Shown piece by piece: positions 33,380 to 41,384 of a DNA stretch of 41,384 nucleotides (position 1 is its first letter; the number at the start of each line of letters is the position of its first letter). Under the pieces are notes generated by a model, which searched no databases, was not told where the DNA came from, and was given only the letters and a program-made list of their open reading frames with translations. Position numbers and translations under genes: made by a program. The stretch comes from Jimgerdemannia flammicorona (taxonomy: Eukaryota): positions 1 through 41,384 of the forward strand of contig RBNJ01000107.1 in assembly GCA_003990765.1 (NCBI GenBank). Direction: 5' to 3'.

Positions 33380-34830
33380 AAGATGAGCTTCCCTTTGGGA
33401 CAATAAAAGTGGAGGAATAAATAAACCAAACAAATATCATTGTGCCTAGTTCCCTTGATGGTAGATATTTGCACAAAATGAACTCGTCGCTAACAACTTG
33501 ATGGCAGCACAGCATACCTTTTGGTTGTTCTGCATATTTATTTTGCATGTCGTTGACAAGAGGGCACAGGAACGTCGTTGATATGTCATTCGGTCGCCGT
33601 CAGTTTCACGAAGAAACGCGTTGTCCTCAGAACATATCGCCTTCAGTTCAGTTGACTTGCCTTTGAAACAATAAAAAAGGAACAATATATAAGTCAGTGG
33701 AATACTATTGGGTCACGTTCTGTTAACTGTGGATATTGACAAAACGAAGTAGTCATAGCAGCACAGTATGCTTTTGGGGTTTTCTGCTTATGTGTATTTA
33801 CTTGAGCTGGTGACAGGAAGGCTTGTGCGATTTTTGAGATGTTGCTCAGCCGCCGATGGCTCTGAGAAGCGTCTGATAGCAGAGGTGTTTCCCGTAGAAC
33901 ATGTCACCTTCGGTATATTTTTACCTTTGATAATATACAATAAGGAATAAATTATTCAGTAAAATACATTTGAGTCGAGTTTTGATAATAGTCATCGCCA
34001 ACAACCGAACTATTTCAGGTTAAATAACTAAATAAGCGAGGTAGCACAACATAACTTTCTGTTGTTCCGCCTATTGGCATTGCACGTCGTTAATAAAGAA
34101 TTTGTGACAGGAAACCTACAGATGTTATGGAAATGTCTCTTGGTCGCCATCGGCTTCGAGAAGAGCCTCATTACGCAGGTGTCGCCCCAAATGGTGTCGC
34201 CTCGAGCTCAGTGTTTTGTTCGGTTGGCTTGCCTTTGGGACAATAAAAGACGAATATTCTGTCAGTCGAATAGTATGCGTCGAAGTTCTTAAAACTAGAT
34301 CTTCCATCAAACGATCTCATCGCCAGTAAATGGGATGCTTCCGATTAATCAAGTAATATAACGGTGGGCAGGACAGCATACCGCCATTGCATGTCATTGG
34401 TGAGAGGACATTGTCAAATTTCACTGCGTATGTGTAACACCCTACAGATCGTGTCACACCCAGATCATGTGACACCCAGATCGTGTAAGATTGTTTCACA
34501 CCCGGATCGTGTCGCCTCGAATTCAAGCTTCGGTTCAGTTGACATGCCTTTGGGACAATAAAAGGGGAGGAATATACGTCAATCAAATACTATGCGTCGA
34601 GGGCTGTCTTGCACAAAAAAACTCGTCGCCAACAACTGGAATGCTTCAAATTAAACAAATAATGCATTAGTGGCAGCACAGTATACTTGCATTGCACGTC
34701 GTTGACAAGAATTTGTGACAGGAAGGATGGTGAGACGCCCCTCAGTCATTGTCAGCTTCGATAAGAGTTTGATAAAGAAGTGTTGCCTCCAGAATATGTC
34801 GCCTTCGGTCAGTTGGGCATTGAAAAGAGT
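33380..34830 (-). repeat. Degenerate tandem array of about 265-315-bp exon/intron-like modules (5-6 copies)
   Basis: Acceptor-like TTTTATTGTCCCAAAG or variants end at 33393, 33661, 33925, 34233 and 34548. Donor-like GTATGCTGT/GTATACTGT at 33517, 34381 and 34686. Confidence 0.7.
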
Positions 34831-35949
34831 TGGTAATAGGAAGGCCGAGACGAGAAAGCAGAAAGGCTGGGAACAGGAGAGCAGGAAGGCTAGGGAAAGG
34901 AGAGCAGGAGGCTGAGGGCAGCTGAGTGTTTTGTAAAGTTTTGCAAGGAAGTTTGACAAGGGAGTTATGGTTGGAAATTTTTTCTCAAGGGTAGATTTGT
35001 GAAAGAAGAGAGGAGAGTTCGAAAGGGCGAAGAGTTCCAAGGAGAGGATTGAGGGTAATGGAGAGTTCGAATGGGACAAAGGGGAAGGGGGAGGAAAAGG
35101 GTAGTGGCGAATGAGTTTATTTATGCGGGTATTCAGGGGGTGTGTGGCGTTTAGCAGCTGCATCCTCCTGACATAGGACTGCTATTCTTGATGTATATAC
35201 ATGCTTGTGGTCGTGTGGTATTCCATCAAAAGAGTCTAAATTTTTTATTTCTTTCACCCCTTTCATCTGCTCCGATATTCGGTTCCATCTTTAAGTTCAA
35301 TTTCTTCGCCGAATTTTGGTCATTCTCCAAAATTATCTTTGTTGAGATCCAAGTGTACTTCGCCGAAATCTCCTTCACTGACGAGGTCCCTCTGCTGTAT
35401 CTTGTCCGCTCCGAGAACAATAATCTTCCTAGAGATGGATATCTATCACCCCATCAAGATGATACATTTGCATACCCTCGAAAGGGGAGGAATTAACGGA
35501 AATCATTATTTTCATTTGCAGTAGAATTGTCCTCCGTACGAAAATCCTTAATTCTTACATCAACAAGTTCTTCCACTTCTTTGAATACTTACTTTATTCC
35601 ATTCATTAACAAATTAGACACAAGATGAATTGAACGTGTTTTCAAGCGCTTCGAATAATAATAACCAGTCTCATAGTTATGTAGTTGAGAGTAAAACAAA
35701 TGTTGGCTACCCATGGTGTATTCCAAGTTCGCTAAACCTTCATGAAACCGAACGAAACTCCTCCGAACCCCTTTTTTGCGCCTATTCTTCTCAGATCACA
35801 ATCTACCTATGACATGTCACTCACAATTCAAGGGGTACATCACTGGGAAGCACGCAAACGGCGAAGTCATCTTTCTCCAGTAACATTCAGGTTACACAAT
35901 CTTTTGGCAACACTTTTGACACAGTTTCTGGAGACAAGCTACTAGTATC

Positions 35950-37992
35950 AAGGCAACCAACAAGTATCCTGAGGTGCATACTGGGCAGGGTGGCCCTGGA
36001 GCGTTCAAATGACAGCAAGTGGGGAGAGGCCCTGGCTTGGGGGGAAGTATGAGGGGCCTGCTGGCAGGAGGACACAGTGGAGGAGGGGATGGGGGTGGAG
36101 GTCAAGGGTCTGCCAGTAACGATGGGGGAAGATCTGGGTTCCTGAGCTTCATGGACAAGGTCAAGGGGAGTGGGTGGCCGGCTGGTAATAGGGCTGGTGC
36201 TGCTGAGGGGAAGGGCAAGGCGAGCCTTGGGAGGGGGGGTAGTGCTCTGGCTGGGAGTGCAGGAGTAGGGGCTGGAGGTGCAGTGGCTGGGGGTATGACT
36301 GTTGATGAGAGCATGATGGGGAATCAGGAAAAAAAAAGAGATGTGACGGCTGATGGCCAGGTGGGGCAGGGATTCCCAATGCAGAAGGGGGACCTGGCAG
36401 ATAGTGTAACAGGGCTGGCAGTGACCCCATTGCTCAAGAAGTCAATCTCAGAGTTTGCCATGACCTTATGCTTCCAGGGCTTGGCAGTGACGGCAAGGAT
36501 GGTTCTGGGGCTTGTTTCAAAGCAGGTGGCTGGGGTGGCCTTGGTGAAGTTCTTGAAGGGTCTGGAGGGGGTTGAGGTGGGCTTTGAGGAGGCAGGCCCA
36601 CTGGATGAGGCGCTGAAGATGGGAGTCATGGTTGGGGAGGTGGTGGTCCCCATGGTGCGGTGCTTGTGGTAGGACCCCAGGGTGGTGTAGCTTCTGGTGA
36701 AGGGGGTGCCCATGGTGACTAAGGAGGAGACTAGGAAGAGGGTGGAGGAGGTGATGATTGAGTATGGTGATGTGGTGGACATTGGCTTTCAGGTGTGGGA
36801 GGGGACAACAATCAGGACAGGCAATATTGATGTTAGGATTCGGCTGGCAGGCAAGGAGGCCATGGAGAAGGCAAGTGACTGGCCTTCTGTGCTGATGTGG
36901 GGGGTGTTTGTCTGTAAGGTGTCAAGGGTGAAGGGGAGTGAGGAGGAGGAGGAGGACTTGTTGGAGGTACTGGAGGAGATGAGTGGAGCTGTGGAGAGGA
37001 GGGCAAGGGCCTGAAAGATGTATGAGGAGTCGACACATCTGGAGGTAGTGGAGGGGAAGCATATCCACATGGACAAGGAGCAGTGGGAGTGGGTGCAGGG
37101 GCGCAGGAGGCAGAGGGAGCTACTGGTGAGTATGACAGTGGAGGTGAAGAAGAAGGCGGTTGGGGCTGAGGTATCTGGGGGCATTGAAGCCAGTGTATGG
37201 GCTAGTAAAGGGGTAGGGGAGGTGGAGGTGGGCAAGGAAGGAGATGGGAAGGTGCTGAGCAAGGACCCTTTTACCAATGGTACCTTTGAGGTCTGAGAGT
37301 CAGTATTGGACTCCTTCCGCCACCCTCTGATCAGGAGGGGCCCGGCTGCAAAGAGAAGGGCAACAGAGAATGTGCAGATGCAGGGGGACCAGTGAGTGCA
37401 TTTTGGGGTCCCTGATGTGGTGAAAGGGGACCAGGTGGTGGCAGTGGGTGAGGATGAGCTGGTGGATGTCCCAGAGGTGGAGTGGGATGAGGCTGCCAGT
37501 GTGGGGGTTGACACCATGATGTTGGATGTGGGATGGCCAGGGACTCCAGGAGGGAAGGAGGTAGGGAACTTGCTGTGGATGAGCAAGGTGATGGATAACC
37601 TTGTGGCTGACATGTTGGGAGAAGTAGACCTGTGGGTTATGCCTGAGGAGTATTGGGAGTGGATTCTGTATGGGGATGGAGTGGTGGAGGCACTGAGGGG
37701 GGAGATTCTTGCAATCCTCTTGAAGGAGGAGGGATATGAGGTTGATGAGGTGAGGAAGGGAGAGTTGGTGGTGGTTGCAGGTGAGCATGCAACCTACTGT
37801 TGGGCTGAGCATCATGGGCTGCAGTTCTGGAGGGAGGCATGTCTGGAGTATCAAGAGGAATTTGAGGAGAGAGAGGATGAGGCGATGGTGGAACTTCTGG
37901 ATGGGTTGGAGGCACAGGAAGCTGGAGAAAAGGAACTAGCTGCTGAACATGAATTGGACTTGGTGCAGGAGGAGTTGAATGTGGACTTGTAG
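35950..37992 (+). pseudogene. LINE ORF1, multiple premature stops
   Basis: Pieces 36019-36672, 36697-37014, 37018-37296 and 37396-37992 share one frame, separated by stops (several TGG>TGA); start codon lost. Confidence 0.88.
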
Positions 37993-38024
37993 AGGTTGGG
38001 ATCACTTTTTTAAAATTATTCCTT

Positions 38025-41000
38025 ATAAACAGTACAACTAATATTTTCTCTTTGAATGTGAATAGGTTGAGGGGATCTGGACGGCATACAAACATTTTTA
38101 CTTGGCTCAAGGGATTGGAGGCTGATCTCTTTTTACTACAGGATGTTAGGTGTGAGAATGAGGATGATCGGGTGAAGTGGACTAAGGAATGGGGCAGGGC
38201 TACTGCTTGGTTTGGAAAAGTGGTGATTCTGGTGAGGAAGGGTAGAGGAGACCTAGGGGGAATAAGGAGCTGGAGTGACCGCTTCGTCTAGGGAGATTGG
38301 TAGCAGCCAGGGTAGGAGTCGGTGAGGGTTGGCTCTTGCTACTGCCCTGTGGTTAGGGGTGAGAGGATTGCATGGATTGAGAAGCTGCTGGAGGAGGGTG
38401 TTCTCTTGGCAGAAGGGGTTGATGTGCTTGGGGGGGACTTTAATATGGTTCGGGATCAGCATCTGGACTGCACTGATAGTGGGAGGAGTAGAGGAGGGAG
38501 AAGTGGAGGCCTGGATGCATGAGAGGAGGTGGAGAGGCTGAGCTCCTTAGGAGATATGGGTAGAACATGATGGGGTGATACCAGGGTCTACACACATTGG
38601 GTGAATGGCTTAGGTACAAGGATTGACTGGATTCTGATGGCAGAATGCTGGGGGACTGATGTCTAGAAGGTATTGGAGGTGGAATGGTGCCCATGGTCGG
38701 ATCACTGGAGACTGTTGGGACAGGGGTAGTTTGGGGGGGGTGGAGATGGACCCAGACATTGGCGCCTCAACTCCTCCCTGCTGGCTGAGAAGGGGTTGTG
38801 GGATTCATGGGTAGAGGACATTTGGGTGAAAGTTTCTTGCTGGAGGTGTGAGGGTTTGTCAGTGGGTGTCCATTGGATGAAATTGAAAGAGGCTGCAAGG
38901 GTCTATTGGGGAGAGGCTGGGAGAGAAGCTGGGAGATGGAGGAGAAAGTGCATGAGGTGTAGTTCCAGCAGGCTGAGGAGATTGCAGATGGATTGGGCAG
39001 GTATGCTTACTTCTGCTGGGGTGGAGGATTGGAGGTTAGCGAGGATTAAATTGGAGATATTGGAACTGCAACAGGTGCTGAGAGAAGAGGAGGAGGTGCA
39101 TATGCGAGGTATGGCTGCTAGGCTACAGTGGCAGGGGCTTGAGGAGAGTGAGTGGCCTACTAGATATTTAACCCATCTGCTCAATGCTAGGAGGGTGCGA
39201 CATCAGTGGGATGGAGTTCTAGATGCCAATGGGGACATGGTACATGGCATGCAATGAATCTTAGGGGTTTTGAAAGAGAGATGGCAGGGTTTGTGGAGTG
39301 AGGATGAAGGGGGTGCTGATGAGATGGCTATTGAAGATGCATTAGGGGAATGGAGGCCACCACAAGTGGCTGAACTGGATGATTTGGCCTTGCTGGTGCG
39401 AGGTGAGGAGGTCCAGAGTGTCCTTGCAGTGACAAAAACTGGAACAGCACCAGGGGAGGATGGACTACCATGGGATTTCTGGAAGAAGATGGTCAAGATC
39501 TCCAGCATTTTGGGGGAGATGACTGCTCTCTGTGATCATATTCTTCAGAGTGGTGAGTGGGTTGGAGAGCAGGACCTCGGGCTGGTGGCTTTATTGTACA
39601 AAGACAAGGGGAGGAGAGAAGACTGGAAGAACTGGCGACTGATCATGCTTTTGGATATGGACAGGAAGATAGTGACTAAGGTGGTTGTTGCAAGACTGCA
39701 GAAGGTTGCCCAACAGGTGCTGGGGGAGGAGCAGCAGGGCCTTGTTGGAGGCAGACTTATAAGAGATGGGACTGCTTGGGTGCATGGTGTCATTGAGAGG
39801 GCCCGGGCTTGTGGCCTGGATGGAAGGTTGGTCTTTTTGGACCAGGAGAAGGCCTATGACCAGGTCTGGTGGGTTTGGCTGGGCAAGGTATTGGATTGGA
39901 TTGGTGTTCCTCCAGAATTTTGGGCTTCTATGGTGAATCTGCTTGAGGGCAGTTGGGTGGCATTGATGTGTAATGGTCACTATAGTTGGGTGTTTACCTT
40001 GAGAAGAGGGGTTCCTCAGGGGGACCCCTTGTCCCCTATTCTTTATGCTCTCTCATTGGAACCATTAATGGATAGGATTTACCAGAAGGTGGTGGGGCTC
40101 TCTATATATGGTATAGTGTAGAAGGTGGGAGCCTTTGCAGATGATATGGTGGTTGGCCTTGGGTCTGTGGCAGATGTTGAGGTGCTTAAGGAGATGGTGG
40201 AATGGTATGAGGATCACTCTGGGGCAAAGCTCAACTGGCATAAGTATGAGACTATGGTGTTGGGGAATGGGCTGGTGGGTGGGGATGTCATTGGAACAAT
40301 TGTCTCTACTGGTGAGGTGGTATGGTATTGGGCATCTTCCTCTCTGTGTATGGTTCTGTCTTGCCATGAGTGTGATGGGAGAGCAGAGTGGCTATTTGGG
40401 GGGAGGCCCTTCAGGGTTGGGGAGGCTGCCATATCTCTCTAGCAGGGCAGGTATCAATTCTGAATACATACTGGTTCCCCAAGCTGTGGTATGTGGCATA
40501 CCACCTAGACTTCCCAGTTTGGGTGGTGAAGAGGCTGATAAAGGTGGTGAGGGATTGGATGTGGGCAGAGAGGAGGTCCCAGGTCAGTTGGGATACTCTT
40601 GCAATGCTGGTAGACAGGGGAGGTCTTGGCCTTGTGGATTTCCTTAAGAGGTTGCACTGCTTGCGAGCCTGGTGGTTGAAGAGAGTGGTGGAACTACAGG
40701 GAGGGAGATGGGTACCTCTGATTCAGAAGGTGTGGGAGATGAGAACCTCCCCCCAAGAGTTCTTGGGAGATCTACTCTCTTTGGTAGGGCTCAATGGAAT
40801 TCAGTGGCTGCGATTTAAGGGCTTTTGGTGAGGAGTAGTCAATGGAGCGCACAGAATTGGTCTGCAGTGGCAAGGCAATGAGGGGGAGGTGTTGTGGGGT
40901 CCTTGTATGTGGCGATGGGATAGACTGCTACTGGGGGGTGCTCCACTTACTACGTTTGATATTGGGGATGGAGTGGAGTGTCAGCAGGGTCTTGGCCAGG

Positions 41001-41384
41001 ACCTTTGGCCAAACAGTTGGCAGGCAGTTGGGATCAGCAAGGAGTGGGACTGGGCTGGTATCTGGTCTTGAAGTGCTAAGGTGCAGCGTAGGCTTCCCCC
41101 CAAGTTCTGGGTGGTGTGGTGGTGAATGCTGCAGAGGAATGTCATGCTGAATTTCTGCACTGGGTATCTGGTGGATGGTAGCTGTTTCGATTGTGAGGAG
41201 TGTTACAATGTAGGGTAAGTTGGGAGGTTGGTGCAGATACCGGAACATTGGCTGGGGGAGTGTGAGGTTTTGGGGGACTTTTGGGTTGAAATAGGGAATA
41301 GACTGGGTGTAGAGCACAGGCCAGTGGGCAAAGGGGATCGCTGGGAGAACCTGAGGTCTCAGCTGGTGGGGGGGGTGGGTGATA
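38025..41384 (+). pseudogene. LINE ORF2 (APE endonuclease plus reverse transcriptase), disrupted
   Basis: Start ATG>ATA; GGDFN, FLDQEKAYD, RRGVPQGDPLSPILY, AFADDM, ISLAGQVSILNTYWFPKLWY. Confidence 0.96.

Larger units (their letters stand above)
35868..41384 (+). mobile_element. L1/Tx1-like LINE copy D, 5'-complete, runs off the window end
   Basis: 5' end CATCTTTCTCCAGTAACATTCAGGTTACACAA; full ORF1 and most of ORF2. Confidence 0.96.

Noticed and set aside
34651-35163. 170-aa Leu/Ser/Pro-rich ORF as a protein gene
   Set aside because: It runs through a CT-rich, leader-like tract with low stop density and has no recognisable domain.
35860-35875. Sequence-specific LINE target site, as in some Tx1 elements
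   Set aside because: The 5' flanks of copies A, B and D (…AGGCTTG, …TCACCAG, …GCGAAGT) share no clear motif, and the 3' junctions are not in the window.

Overview
Eukaryotic, most likely fungal, repeat-rich DNA with no intact host gene that I can support. Bases 1-22904 form a nested transposon pile-up. An old L1/Tx1-like LINE (4197-13563, minus) was hit by a Ty3/Gypsy derivative with inverted 2.06-kb LTRs and an ACTAC target-site duplication (4268-10387). It was also hit by a younger copy of the same LINE (319-4196), which is itself cut by a hAT-like DNA-transposon end (1-318). Further right lie a decayed chromovirus with an extra ORF, another LINE 5' fragment, two more Gypsy pol remnants, more LTRs and a tiny poly(A) retro-insertion with a 16-bp TSD. 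Bases 22905-35867 mostly keep their CpGs. They hold a higher-order 24-mer satellite with mucin-like coding potential, a composite solo LTR, a broken Ser/Thr kinase pseudogene and a tandem exon/intron-like array. A fourth, near-complete LINE copy runs from 35868 off the right edge. The two most unusual signals are the TSD-flanked inverted-LTR element and a reconstructable 365-codon unknown ORF with two PPxY motifs inside its LTR U3. All alignments and translations were done by eye.
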